Source: Dicyema japonicum
Lineage: Eukaryota > Animalia > Dicyemida
Assembly: GCA_011109175.1 (NCBI GenBank)
Contig: RDEW01000015.1
Location: forward strand, 1,080,868 to 1,144,867
Reading direction: 5' to 3'
Length of the DNA: 64,000 nucleotides
Shown here: in pieces, positions 12,480-25,632 of the stretch
Layout: every line of letters starts with the position of its first letter
How positions within the stretch are numbered: position 1 is the first letter of the stretch
The notes under the pieces: model-generated
What the model was told of the DNA's origin: nothing
What the model saw: only the letters and a program-made list of their open reading frames with translations
Databases searched by the model: none
Translations under genes and position numbers: made by a program

Positions 12480-13640
12480 ATATAATAACAATAACAACGA
12501 TTTATTAACAAGAGTTAAGGAGTTTTCTGGAGGGTATTACATCTGAGTCCTACCATAAGGCTAGGACTCCACACCTGGACCCTTCCTCTTTTTTTATTAA
12601 TTTTTCAGGACGTTTCTCCCAGCTTTATATACGTGTCCTGGATCTTTGATTTCCTGAAACCATTTATCTGATTTTCCACAATCCAGCTATCGGTTCTAAT
12701 AGTTTGTTCTCGTCCTCGACAGTCTTTCAGTTTCTTGTTTAAGGAGAGCTTAATTGCAGCTCTCCTAGTCTTCTCTAGGAGGGATAAGATCTTCTCCCTC
12801 TTCGGAGAGAAGAACCACTCCTCGCACCCATAAAGTAGGCTAGGGAGAATAACTCCCTTGAAGATGAACAGGTAGTGTCGCGGCTAACGTGTAACTTCCG
12901 TGTACATAGGAGCGACTGAAAGGCTCTCTTCCTCTCCCCTTTGTGTCTCCATGTTCTCCTGCGTGTCTATAGTTGACCCCCATGTAGCGCAGACTGTGCA
13001 TTGTTTACCCCATAGTGTGTATTCTTGTTTCAGGTGCTTTTTCACTTTGCTTATTCGGAGTGCGCAAGATTTTTTAGCAGAGAGCTTTAGCCCTCTCAAG
13101 TTGCACCAATGCTCAATCTGGTCAACATACTCCCGGATTCTTCCTTCAGATATAGAAGATTTTAGAAATGTGTTCACCACGATTTTGTCATTTGCATAAT
13201 TAAGAAGACTAGTATTAATATTCTTCGGACGTGGAAAGCTCGCCATGAATCTATTAAACAAAATAGGGCTCAATACTGAACCTTGTGGTACTCCTCTTGA
13301 ATGATGTTGCATCAGATATATTTCCACACACCTTCCCAAAAGATTGTCTTTCCTGAAGATAATTTCTTAGCCAAACAAATAGGTATCTTGGAACACATGC
13401 TGATACATGCTGCTTTAATAACGCTTCATGGTATACAATGCTTTCTTTTGAGATATCAAGACATAATAAGTTTATTTGCCTCTTGGAATCTCTTGCTTTA
13501 ATTAATTTCAGAATTCAGTAGAAAGAAACAGTCTGCACAGCCTCTTCCGGGACGAAAACCCCACTGCTCCTGAATCAGAAAGTCATTCTCTTCTATATGT
13601 CTGCTTAGCCTTTTGAAAATGATACGTTCAATCACTTTGC
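12480..13640 (-). mobile_element. APE-LINE RT-to-3' end fragment
   Basis: EQWGFRPGR at about 13550, GVPQGSVLSPILFN, YANDK (degenerate YADD); AT-rich tail near 12480. Confidence 0.8.
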
Positions 13641-13644
13641 GAAG

Positions 13645-16140
13645 AACATATTAAGCTAATTGGTTGTCGGATCTCTCTTTGGCTTCCCTGGTTTTGGAAT
13701 CATCCTCACAACTGCTCAGCTTTTCGCATTCCACCTGCTGTAGAATTTGGGAAGATGTTATTCCCACTTCGACCAAGATAATTTTGTTTCTCCTTTTATC
13801 AATAACGAACAGGTCTGGCTTGTTATGCTCAATAATTATGTCCGTTTTGATAAAAGTGTCAACTCTGATTTCAACTGAGTCATTCATTATAATGGATTGC
13901 ACAGAATGAGTCTTCAGTTTCTTCTCGTTTTTGGAACCAAACTCTCTGCAAAAGTGGAAATGTAGACACCTCATGACTTCGTTATGTCTTCTTACATAAT
14001 CCCCATGCAACATCTTTTCACACCTTGTGGTACAATGATCCACGGACTTCTTCCATTTTTTACAATGGCTGCACATTGAATTTTGTTATCCAAAGAACAG
14101 ATTCCTATCTTGAATAAGGCAGAATAAGGCTTCCGACCTTGGGAGTTATTCCATTTTATAAGCCAATGAGAGGAATGCTCTATATTCACATAATCCTCCA
14201 ACAAATTCTTATAAATAATGGAATGAAGACTCTTCAATCTTATTTGATTAATTAAACCTTCTTTTTGCATGTTCGATATCAATTTTATATCCAACTCAGT
14301 AGTGTCGCAAACAGAACACTTGTGCTCTATAAATTCTTCAATTAATGCCAAATGTGTTTTCTCCGAAATTTTGGCTTGAAGAATTGGGGCATTTCTACTG
14401 CAAACAGTACTTCTGAGTTTTAAATCATGAAAAAATCTATATAACATCTTCTCACTTATAAGAGAGATTGAGCATAGCCCTCTCCCAAGGCAATTTCTCG
14501 TTAAATAAAGCCTCTGCTTGCATGCAGGATTGAGATGGACTCGATGTTTAATCAATATGGTGCGGATAGCTGAGTCAATAATAATAATAATTATCAAAAG
14601 GATCAGTAGAAAATCTCCCCCCGATCATACTTCTGAACTCGATAAGCAAGGTGCTGGCAAACATTTCACTAAGTCGGATAAAGGATGTGGCTGATCTATA
14701 CCTATAACAAGTCAAAGTGGGTTCCGAGAAGGGAGGTCTACGACGGACATTGTATGGAGTCATAGATGACGCTGTGCAAGGCACCAAAGAATCAAGAGTG
14801 CAACGACCGTGTTGGGAATAGATCCCTCTTGAGCTTTCGACTCAATAAACAGACAGAAACTGATGATAATTATTTTATTATAGCTGAGTCAATCAATTCG
14901 TATTTCGCAGGTTCACATTGATGAGTTTCTCATTCTCTGGTTTACTTGTGAAGAAATTATTTTTAACATTTCTGGCTTTTGAATTTCTCCGGAATGACCT
15001 TCCAATACACCGAGGTATCTATATCCATCCATTCCCTCTAACAACTAGGCTTCATCTGATAACAACAAGACATTTGTAGCGGACTTTTCTAGATTCCTTT
15101 CCAGCCCCACAGCACTGAAGTACAAATTAACATCTTCCATCATCTTGACAATAACATCTTCACTAGTTGAAATGAGTTTTAAATCGCCAATAAATAAAAG
15201 ATGATTAGTTGAGAATGACGAGACAGACTGATCATCATGTAAAACGGAGACTTTAGGATATTTATATGTCAATAAACGGCTACGCGGGTCAAGCACTAGG
15301 ACAAATAACATAGGGAATAAACTATTTTACTGCAAAATTCTCCTTTCAATCTGAATATCACGAATATATTCATTATTCAACACTAGTTTCACACTCCAAT
15401 ACATAATATGTAATCTCACAACTTTAATAATCCAATCGGGAAATCTGGATTTTTCAAAGAATTTCTTTAAAAAATTGTGGTTAACCAAGTCAAATGGTTT
15501 TTTGACATCAATCCATGCAGCACATAATCCACCTCCATTTATTAAGTGATTTATTGACTACTGCCTGTTCTCTAACACCCTGACATCTCCTCCTTCTTCC
15601 CATCTGGTTTTCAGAAAGAAGGCCAAACGCTTCCACATAATCCGCTAGCTTGGCATTGATGCATTGTCATAAGTTTATAGAGTGACGACATGCATGTAAT
15701 TGGGCGTAGGTCCTTTGGCGACTGTAGCGCTTCGCATTTTGGGATCAAGTACGTAATTCCAGTAAAAAACCAGTTTCCAGGGACGTATTTCCCGTATACA
15801 ATCCTAAGTATTTCGGTATAGATAAATTCATGCAGCGAGGTAAATTTCTTAAGGAAAAAATTGTAGATCCCATCACAACCTGGGGCCTTCCAATTCGGCA
15901 AATATTGAATCGTTTGTTCAAACACATTTTTTGAGAATTCAACAGACACATTTTCAACACCAGTCATTCTTTTTCCGATATTAAAACTTTCCGAATTTAG
16001 AGTCCTCCTTTTCCACAATTCTTCCCAAAAGTCTGCACATTTTCATTATCAATAAACGTAGTAACATTATTTGCCATAGGGGTTAGGTTTCTGTAGAATG
16101 ATCTTCGATTTAATTGTCATATTTAACATACATTCGAACG
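13645..16140 (-). mobile_element. R4/Dong-like non-LTR retrotransposon (RT, CCHC, REL endonuclease), decayed
   Basis: NWKAPGCDGIYNFFLK, LRPITCMSSLYK, HLLFIGDLKL, CSHCKKWKKSVDHCTTRC..YVRRHNEV, NKPDLFVIDK..IILVEVGIT. Confidence 0.88.
14580..14879 (+). mobile_element. Internal RTE RT fragment inserted into the R4-like element, with 14-bp TSD
   Basis: atagctgagtcaat at 14566-14579 and 14880-14893; insert body closely matches 16948-17200. Confidence 0.85.
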
Positions 16141-16279
16141 ATAAAGAATATTTAAATTATTTTCCGGCATTTTTTTTAATTTCATTATGACAAGGATGTG
16201 TGCTCAAAGATGTTATTGCCTTTTTTTAATTAATAGGGTTCGTTAATCATATCTTGAATACGAGACAATAATGAATGTT

Positions 16280-16342
16280 CTAACCCTAACCCAATCATAA
16301 TACCTAACCCTAATCTCTAACCGTAATCCCTAACCCTAATCC
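16280..16342 (+). repeat. Degenerate (CCCTAA)n telomere-like tract
   Basis: ctaaccctaacccaatcataatacctaaccctaatctctaaccgtaatccctaaccctaatcc. Confidence 0.7.
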
Positions 16343-16499
16343 GAAATGCATACAATAGCTTATGCCTGTATGGAAATAGTCATTCCGGAATCAACAAGCT
16401 AATAAAGAGTATTCACACTCATATTTTTCCATCAAAAGAAATATTATTGAAACCGTTGTAAAAGATTGTTGAGTATGCATGTTTTCCATTCCTCTTAAA

Positions 16500-18212
16500 T
16501 TATGAAATTAAGACAACATTCACGGGAAATTATTACATCCCTATTAAAAGATGTGGAATGCCTAAAGGAGAATTCAAGGATGTTTGCGACTTTGCGGCTG
16601 CTGCGGACAAAGAAAGGACAAAACATCCTTCACATCAAAGACAAAGAGGAAAATTCCAGAAGAAAAAGCCGAATTAATTGCACGTTACTTGAAATGTTGC
16701 TGAATAAGAAATGAGGAATTTCCCCTTTCCAGGGAAAAGAGGGCTAAAATCCCAATCACAGTGGAAAAGTGAATCAGCTCTAAATAAACTGAAGAAACAA
16801 GAGTGCTGGGCCAGACAACATAAGCCCTTAAAATATGGACCAAAAAACTTAGTGAACAATTGCAAAAACCTTAAATGACATCTTTGAAAATAATACCGAC
16901 CTAGGACTTGGAAATGGATTATTAATACCCATACAAAAACAAAACAAATCAAAAGTATCAGTAGAAAATCTCCCCCCGATCATACTTCTGAACTTGATAC
17001 GCAAGGTTCGGATAAAGGGTGTGGCTGATCTATACCTACCAACAAGTCAAAGTGGGTTCCGAGAAGGGAGGTCTACGACGGACATTGCATGGAGGCATAG
17101 ATGCCGCTGTGCAAGGCACCAAAGAATCAAGAATGCAACGACCGTGTTGGAATAGATCCCTCTAGAGCTTTCAAGTCAATAAACAGACAGAAACTGATGA
17201 ATGTGCTTAAGCAAATATTGGACGAATCCTAGGTTAGGATAATCAGACTACTACTTGCGAACATAAGACTATCTCTGAGAACAGAAGGAACAACTTCTCG
17301 CAGTTTCAAAACAACGATTGGGACACTCCAGGGTGATTCCCTCTCCCCTATGCTATTCAACATATATCTTGAATCTGTATTCCGCGATCTCCGTAAATGT
17401 TATATAGGAGACATAAAAGAGACATCTTATGCGGATGATGTAGATTTCATATCACGGGACGCGACCGCACTCCAACACCTACTAGAAAATGCACCTGTGG
17501 AAATTAAGAAATGGTTTCTCTCAGCGTAAATGTTAAACAAAACCGAACTTACTGAAATCAAAGAGAAGACGATATTACTCCTGAAAATGGAGATGTACTA
17601 ATAAGTTCGGCTATCTATTAAGAGACGCTGAAGATGTACTAAGGAGGAAAACACTGGCAAATGCGGCAATGGCTAAACTGAGGAAAGGATGGCTAAGAGC
17701 CAAAGGACTTTGAATTGACATCAGATGCAAGCTTTACAACGCCTTTGTGAAACCGATCCTACTGTACAACGCTGGGACCTGGGGAAGTTCCTTCAACAAA
17801 CTATCGAAACTGGATTCGTCTCATAGAAGACAACTAAGAAGCTTACTCGGAATGGAGTGGCCACGTAGAATATCAACCATTGGTATTTACAACAAGTGTA
17901 TGTGTTTGTACATCAGCAAGGATGTGATAGATGCCCGGTGGAGGCTATTTAAACATGTATTAAGAATGAACCCGGATGCACCCGCTAACAAAGCGATGGA
18001 AGATTACTTTGACGGTTTGCGACAAACCCTTCCGCGGACGACCTAGATCGACACTTCTGACTGCCTTAAACAAAGATCTAAATCGTGTAAAAAAAATCTA
18101 AAGACGGGGGACGACCTGGACGAATTGAGATCACTCGCATTCGACTGAGGAAGTGTTGCACATGCGAGGCTATAAACATTATGGCTTTCGTTAAAGTGCC
18201 TTAATAATAATA
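16500..18212 (+). mobile_element. RTE-clade LINE, RT to 3' end with (TAA)n tail
   Basis: GTLQGDSLSPMLFNIYLE, YADDVDF, KPILLYNAGTWG, WRLFKHVLRM; 3' stem-loop gctata-N5-tatggc, then taataataa. Confidence 0.88.
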
Positions 18213-18310
18213 CATGGTAAAGGATTATGGAACCCGTCAGAGATGTTTTATGAAGAACCAGCTGAAATTACTCATATTTTATAATCGCCTAGAGGTAAAT
18301 ATTAATAAAA

Positions 18311-21225
18311 CGTGGCGTCATGTGGTCTACCAGTTATGAAAGTTCTGGAGGCGCTCAGGGTGCACATAATGCACCACGAAAAAGACCATTAGCTACCTCT
18401 CATCCAAAGAAGGACTCTTCGGACGACGTCTCTTCTACTTCTTAATCCCCCTCGGGTGAATGGGTCTCTAATAATTCTCGCCGGTGACATTGAACTTAAT
18501 TCGGGCCTCCCTCTTCCAATTTTGCAGATAAACATAAACGGAATCAAATTCAATTACTTAAACTACGGTCTTTCATTAAAGAACAGAACATTGACCTGAT
18601 TTTACTTACAGAAAGCAGACTTACTCCATTATCACCTACCAGCATTTTTCAGGATACCACTGCATCCTGACATTTCAGCAAAACTAAAATCACTAATAAA
18701 CGACGGGACCACGGAAAAATCTACAAGCGTAATCGGGACTTTCAACATTACAAACATCTACGTCCCCTCCATCTTCTTGCTCAAAAGGATTCTCACTAAA
18801 GCTATCCAAAGCTAAACAACCTCGGAAACATGATATTGTGGGAGATTTCAATACTAAACATACGGCCTAGTTAAAATCACAGACGGCAGACTCAAGAGGA
18901 TTATCCTTAATAAACCAGCTCACCCTTCTGACTATCCTCAATAACCCCAGGAACCACACTAGGACTCCTTACATAGAAAACAAATCATCAACGTCCCCTG
19001 ACATTACCTTCCGTTGTCAAAACCTTGCACCTGACACATTTGGAAGGTGCACTATGGATTATCTTCCGACTCAATCCAATCATTATTCGAATCAAAAAGT
19101 TCTTTACCACAGAAAAAAAGACTATTTCATTTTTCATTTTTCAACTAACTAAATAAGATTAGGATTGGCCATACTCCGAGAGAAGTCGTTCGCAATCCAC
19201 GCAGCCGGCTTCCCCAACTAACATTTGTTTCTTTGTTAAAAAATTATTTTATTACAAAAAAAACTATAAAAAAGAAAATTGGAATGACTATTCAAAATAA
19301 CTCTATCAGACTTTACTAAACTTTGACCTGATGATATTTTTCTCAATAGATGAAACTATTTACTTTTTGAACAAAATTATTCTCATGGGGCGGAGAACAT
19401 TCATTCCGCGCGGATCATTTGAATTTTATAATGAAAAATTCGATCAGAACACTAAATCATTAATTAAAGAAAGAAACCGTCTAAAAATACATGTACCTTC
19501 CCTTCCCTGACAAAAAACTCAAACAAAAACTTTCAATGACGAAATATCAAAAAGGATTAGAAGAGCTGAAGCCAACAAATGGGACAAACTAGTATCTTCC
19601 ATTTCAGAAATCAGCTCAGACAGTCTGAAGAGCAATCAAACAATTTGACCCAAAAGAAAATTTCAACACAGGCAACAGACGGATCAGCACAGTCTCAACA
19701 AACTTATGAAATATTGCACCAGTATAAGCCACAAAACGTTCAGGAAAATAGATGGGTCTTCTTTATCCTCAATGAAACCGCAGAGAATTCAGCCGATTAA
19801 CTTAATCTCACATTCAGATGTCAGTGAGGGTTTGAAGAGGATGAATTCTTCCCTCTCACGTTGGCCTGATTTTATCCCTGGTATCTTACTAAAACACCTT
19901 GGACCTATTGCGATTGATTCTATCACAGTGATTTTTAACTATTCAATAAGCATGAATCAAATTCCAACTATCTAGAAACTGTCCTATATACGCCCAATCC
20001 TTAATCCTGAGAAGCCGAAGGACAATCCTGCATCATTTCGACCAATCTTTTTACTATGCACTCAAATTATTGGAAAAACTAATTCTTAATCTTATAACCC
20101 CGTCCCTCCCATGGATTCTGAAGGGGTTATTCAACTTCTACCCACTTTACTGCCCTCAACTAATTTATCCTTGAAGGCTTTAGCACAAATCCTCGCCACT
20201 TCAAAACCGTCATTTGACGATCGATTTACAAAAGGCCTTCGACTCTGTCTCCAGGAAAATCCTAACTCGGAAATTGTTTTGCCTCTCCGTCAACCCCAAT
20301 ATAAAACTCTAGCTTGCTAACTTCATCAATGGAAGAAGGGCCGGGGTATACACGAATGGGACCAAATCAGTTTCAAGATTACTACCCAATTGTGTTCCAC
20401 AAGGTTCCTCTTTATCACTTATGTATGTCCGATTTGCCACATACAACCCGATAATAAAGACGATTTCCTCTTATCATATGCTGATGACCTAGAAATCGGA
20501 TCCCCCGATCAAGATCTCCTAACGGCATCAAGAAGACTACAAGAATACCTCCACAAAATTCAAATTTGGCTAAATTATTACCGGCTTGATACTGGAAAAC
20601 CATCTTCGTCCTTATTTACCTCAGACAAACGACTTTGAGAAATGACCGTGGATATATTTATCAACCAGACCAAAATACCTTTCACGAAGAAACTAAAAAT
20701 CTTGGGGATCACCTTCGACATACACATGTCCTTTTCCTCTGATGTCGATGGCGTCACCGAAAGCTACTAAAGAAAACTAGGAATAATGAAATGTATTTTT
20801 CGTGGCATTAAAAAATCCTTTCTCAGTATTGAAATAATTGTACAAACAATTCATCGAGCCATCTGTCAACTATGCCTGTGCGTCATAGGGAATCAATCTC
20901 TCCTGGACAAACAAACAAAGAATCCGCGACATTCAGACCTCAACTGCAACTACTAATTAGTAATCTAGGGAAACTAGAAAACAAATTCCTTCATCACTAG
21001 AAGACCTTATCCGACAAAATTGAAAGAGATCTGCAACCCTTTGCAGGCATTGCAACTCTCAACAGTACACAGTCACGACGTGTCTTATGAGAAGGGTATA
21101 CATCACCCCTCTCCAATTCCTATTCCTTAAACCACCCCGCCAACCTAGAAGTCGCGTTGGATCACAGAAGGCGCACATGGAGAAAATGAAAAATCTGATA
21201 GAGGTCTTCGAGATCACTTAATTAA
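18311..21225 (+). mobile_element. Near full-length single-ORF APE-RT LINE (Jockey/I/CR1 group), decayed, with structured 5' leader and 2A-like motif
   Basis: ILQININGI, LLTES, GDFNTKH (APE); RPILNPEKP, FRPI.LL, YADDLEI (RT); ILGITFD, CAYA/LDK..RIRDIQ. Confidence 0.85.
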
Positions 21226-21261
21226 TTTAGTAATTAAATTAACAAATGGTGTTCTTGGGTT

Positions 21262-23000
21262 GATAATAATAATTTATTAACAATAACGGGGGAGAGCGGC
21301 TGCTGACATTAGGGGGTAAGCGTTTCCGCGGACAACTAAAATCTCAATTCGTCGCCTCAGCCAGACCGCTTCCCCCACGTCTTTCTTACGATGGCCAATA
21401 AATCAACTCCCAGGCGCTGTGCGATCACAACTCGAACACAGCCATCGTCCAAAAGGGTCCCCAGAGAGGAACACGGAGTGCATCCAGCCATGCTCCGCTC
21501 CATACATAGGATATCTTGGACCAAAAGACTTCCACTTGAGAGCGACGACAGATATGCTGAAAAAGCGATCTTCAGCGCCGACCTGAGATTCGTACCTCGG
21601 AGGCGTGTAGGAAGCTTACATTGATTCCAACTCGGCACGTCAAAGTGGATGTTTAGAAGCGATTCGGCTGATTTACTCAATGTCCTATCCAGTGACATGC
21701 TTGAACCAGGGAGAACACGGAGAGCGTATTAGAGTTTGGACAAGCCGATGCTATCCTTAAAAAAGAACGCTGCATGAGCATCGAGTAAGAGAGTTTCTCC
21801 ATAACTTTAGAAACATCCTCCTTTGTTAGTAGATAACTCCGCAGTTCTTTTTTCTCAAGTGGAAACCCAAAAAAGTATGTCCGCTCCCTAGCTACGACAG
21901 TAATTCCAGGTAGTATCGAGTTAAAAAACTCAACCACGTAAACAAGTGGGTCCTCTTTTTGGACTCCAGTCTCCGAAAAGATAAATCCTGTCTCCGAAAA
22001 CAAGTGAAGAGTTGGTTCCATAAGCGAGGTAGACGAGTGGAATAAGTTCCGGGCTCGTTTGCTTGTAGTTTCGAAAATTTGATCCCTCCGCAGTGAATCG
22101 AAGGCATTATAGATGTCCAGCTTGACCCTAATGTGGTGGGTTTTGTCCGTCTTTCTGTCCAAAAAAGCACCTCGTAGCATGGACCGCCACCTCGCATCCG
22201 TTCCTTACACCGACCTCTAGTTGGAGGGGGAAAATTCTTCAGATATTCTCGGACAGACAATACTGCATGCAATTTTAGCAGTCAGCCTTCTGAAATGATT
22301 TCCGACCGCGATGGGGCGGATCCCACCTTCGGGTTTTTTTAAGGCCAGTAGATGTGCGCTAAAAAAAAAACTCCCTTGCGTGAGTAGGAATATATCTGTT
22401 CAAAATACGCATAACCAGCTTTGTAATTGATTTCATAAAGTTGCAGTCAACTTCTGCAGTAGACCCGATTGTAAGATCCTTGATGTGACCTGGCCGCAAG
22501 CAATCGAGACCTCCACTGCTACTCGTCGCAAACGACGAAATGCCGCGCCGCATCTCGCCTTTGCTGACGATCGTTCTTGGCAAATTTCCAGTCCAACATG
22601 TCACCTAATACTTATTGACATCTCTTATCACTTATTCAAAAATGAATGGATTTATTCCCAAAAGATTAAAGTTATAAATAACTAGGACGACAGAATGACG
22701 AAGGCGTAACAAAAAGGGTTCAATTTGTCCAGAATAAGAGGGATGACTGAATTCAGCCGGATGACGGCACCGAGCGGGTCGACATCCATACAGTATGCGC
22801 AGTCCCATTTGTAAAGAGATCTCCCAGCCAATTTCAACATTCGAACACACACGAGGTGGAAATATCTCCTGCAAGATGTACAATTCAAATCGTACTTCCT
22901 CGCGTTGCAATATCCGCAAGACTCGCACAGCTCTTTCGATCTCGCAGGTAAAAGTAGTATTTCTTCGAATGTAACGTCATAGGTTTTCTAAACGTTCATA
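21262..23000 (-). mobile_element. Second CRE-like copy with internal deletions and an upstream PHD-finger segment
   Basis: Clearly homologous to 40-2010; GGLDCLRPGHIKDL, VKLDIYNAFDSLRRDQI, GVQKEDPL; PHD at 22790-22930. Confidence 0.82.
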
Positions 23001-23569
23001 AATCTGGCGAATAACAGATCTTTATAGAGTCACATAACTTTCTTCAAAATAAAAGATTCCAATATAAACACAAACTTGAAGTTTATTCCCCATATATGTA
23101 TTTTTCTGAAGGGTTATTAAGTAAACTTTTTTTACTTGCTCTTCAGTTTAGAAACATTTTAATTACTTCGAGATCGGAATCTCTTTTAACTCTTGTTCAT
23201 CATGAACACGTTTTCTCTTTTCTCCCGTTTATCCAAAATATACATTCAAAATGAGAAACACATGCTTTTGTCGAATCCAAAATCAGTATTTTTGTTCTCT
23301 CCGTTTAGGTTTCTCTAAAATTATCTCAGGTAAAGTTCAAAGCACCAATTATGCTTTCTAAATTATTTTGAGGGTAACTCTCTCTGTGGCCCTCAGGATC
23401 TTAATAAGATTGGAAAGAAATTGGAATGTAAAACGACCTAGGAAGACTCTATGGTCGGATGCTATAGACAACTCGCTGGAGACGTCTTCATCAATATTTT
23501 AAATAATTATTAGTAATTTAAAAAATATAATTATTTTTATAACATAAATAAAATCTTAAATTGTTTAGT

Positions 23570-25193
23570 ATGCTATTTTTTCTGTTATTTTTTCGTGTGT
23601 TTTGTCGAATCCATGAAATCGAACTAAAGGTTTTTATTATGACTTTCTTAACTCCACAGAATGAAGAAAGGTCATTTTTTCCTATTAGCACCTTTGGATT
23701 TTTCGAAAGTGGAATTTTGCAGATAAATATCAAAAATTTGTCTTTTACTTTGATTCCTAATCGTGTTCATCAGATTAAGCAAACTGAATTCTCCAATCAA
23801 TTCTCTGATCACCACTTTATGCTTTCACTTGTAAAATACGATGGAGTTGGCACCCTATACACATCAGTATTTGATATTTCTTAAATTAAGGAAAGTCTCT
23901 GCTCATCTAATTGGTCCTCACTTGTCGATCCCTTACTGATAATTAACTTTGACTTCCAAAATTTAAAGTAATTTGTGGTAAAACTCCAGGGTTCGAATAA
24001 ATCGCCTCAACAGCGATAGCATAGTGGTCGGTCCCCCTGTAATAAATATGAACGAATCTCCAGTTCCGATTGGGCCCCCTTTAATCCAAAAGTACATCGT
24101 GCCTGATCACTCTTGGGATTCCTTTTCTCTGACATACAAAAACGGAATATACAGCACTGACGTGAATTTTTTTCTCTAATTGACAGATGGTGATTTTTAT
24201 GGGTAAGAAAAGTGGAGGAGAGTATACTCTTACTACCACAACTGTAAAAGGTCCGATAAAGTCTCGCTTATCGCGGATCTCACTGAAATAAACGAGGACA
24301 GCTATCTTTCTGCTGGGAAATTCCATTACCGATGATCTATGTTGCCTTTACAGCCCTCTATATGCTCGCAGCTATATCCTGGTGCTGTATTTTGCGTTGG
24401 TCTCACAGGTTTCACTTTAGATGACTTTTAGAGGACTCGGACCCCACTATATGATGCTCATTGTGGTTATTCTTAAAACTATTTCCCTTCTATTCCTCGA
24501 CGTTTGTGCATTTATAAATTTAGTTGAATTATTTCTTTGTAAAAACCCACGGACTCAATGATCCAGCATTAGCGACTATTTTCTACATCACCCACGTGTT
24601 TGTTTGTTGTTTTACTGTTTAGTATTAAGGGAGCCTTTATGGTGACTACAATTGCTCTTATTGGGGCTGGCTGGATATTTATTAAGCACATTTTGTCTCC
24701 CTGTGATAAAAAACTATTTTTGCTGCTGATTCCTCTGCAGATTCTTGCTAACATTGCCTACTTTGTAATTGAAGAGAATCGTCAGTTTAGTCGTGCCTTT
24801 AAGGCGTGCAAACTAATATTTTTAGTAGTGGACATTATGTGCTGTGGAATTCTCTTATTTCCTTTCATTCAGTATTACAGTAATATTACTCCTAGTTCTA
24901 TCCGTCTATTGCAATCCTCCCCTAAATGCGATCACAAGTCCAAGATTAATCTTGCCAAACTGAAACTATTTCGCAGGTTCTACTTTTTGGTGATATGCTA
25001 TCTGTATTTATCAAGAGTCCTCGTTTATTTCCTTAATGTAATCTTTAATTTGATTCTCAGGTGGTTCTTCCTTATCAACTATTTTGGTTAACTGTAGTAT
25101 TATCTGAAATGATAACTCTACTCTTTTTTCATTGTTACTGCTTGGTGCTTTCATCCATCAAGAATGGATAATTACGTCGCATTGGTGGAATAA
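23570..25193 (+). CDS. GPR107: Lung seven-transmembrane receptor family protein (GPR107/GPR108)
   Basis: Signal peptide, RIHEIEL..ERSFFPISTFGF; TTIALIGAGWIFIKHILSPCDKKLFLLLIPLQILANIAYFVIEE; INLAKLKLFRRFY; FHPSRMDNY. Confidence 0.9.
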
Positions 25194-25632
25194 ATTTGCA
25201 CTAATTCTTGTGACAGCAATTATTTGCTTGATATGTCTCTATGTAATTTTGGCTAATTATTTTTAATTTTTGTTTTATTCTTGGTACTAAAATAACGTCC
25301 ACAAAAATCGATGTTTTTTTCTAAGAATTATTCATTGATTATTGATAATCGATTATTATTTAACCATTTTACTTTCATAATAACTTTTGCTTTACAAGCA
25401 ATGTAATCGAAAATATGATTTCTGATAATAATTTCTTTAATCTGATAAGTTTAATTCTCAAATAGGATGTGTGGATTAAATTTAATTGATTAGATATCAC
25501 CAGGGTGATAATAAATATTCTTTTCTGACTCATTTATCATTCTTTCCGTCTTTCAACCATATTTAATGAGGTTTACTAATAATTTAAAATATTGTTGGAA
25601 AAATAGGAGTTTATTCCAGGGAACCCACATAA

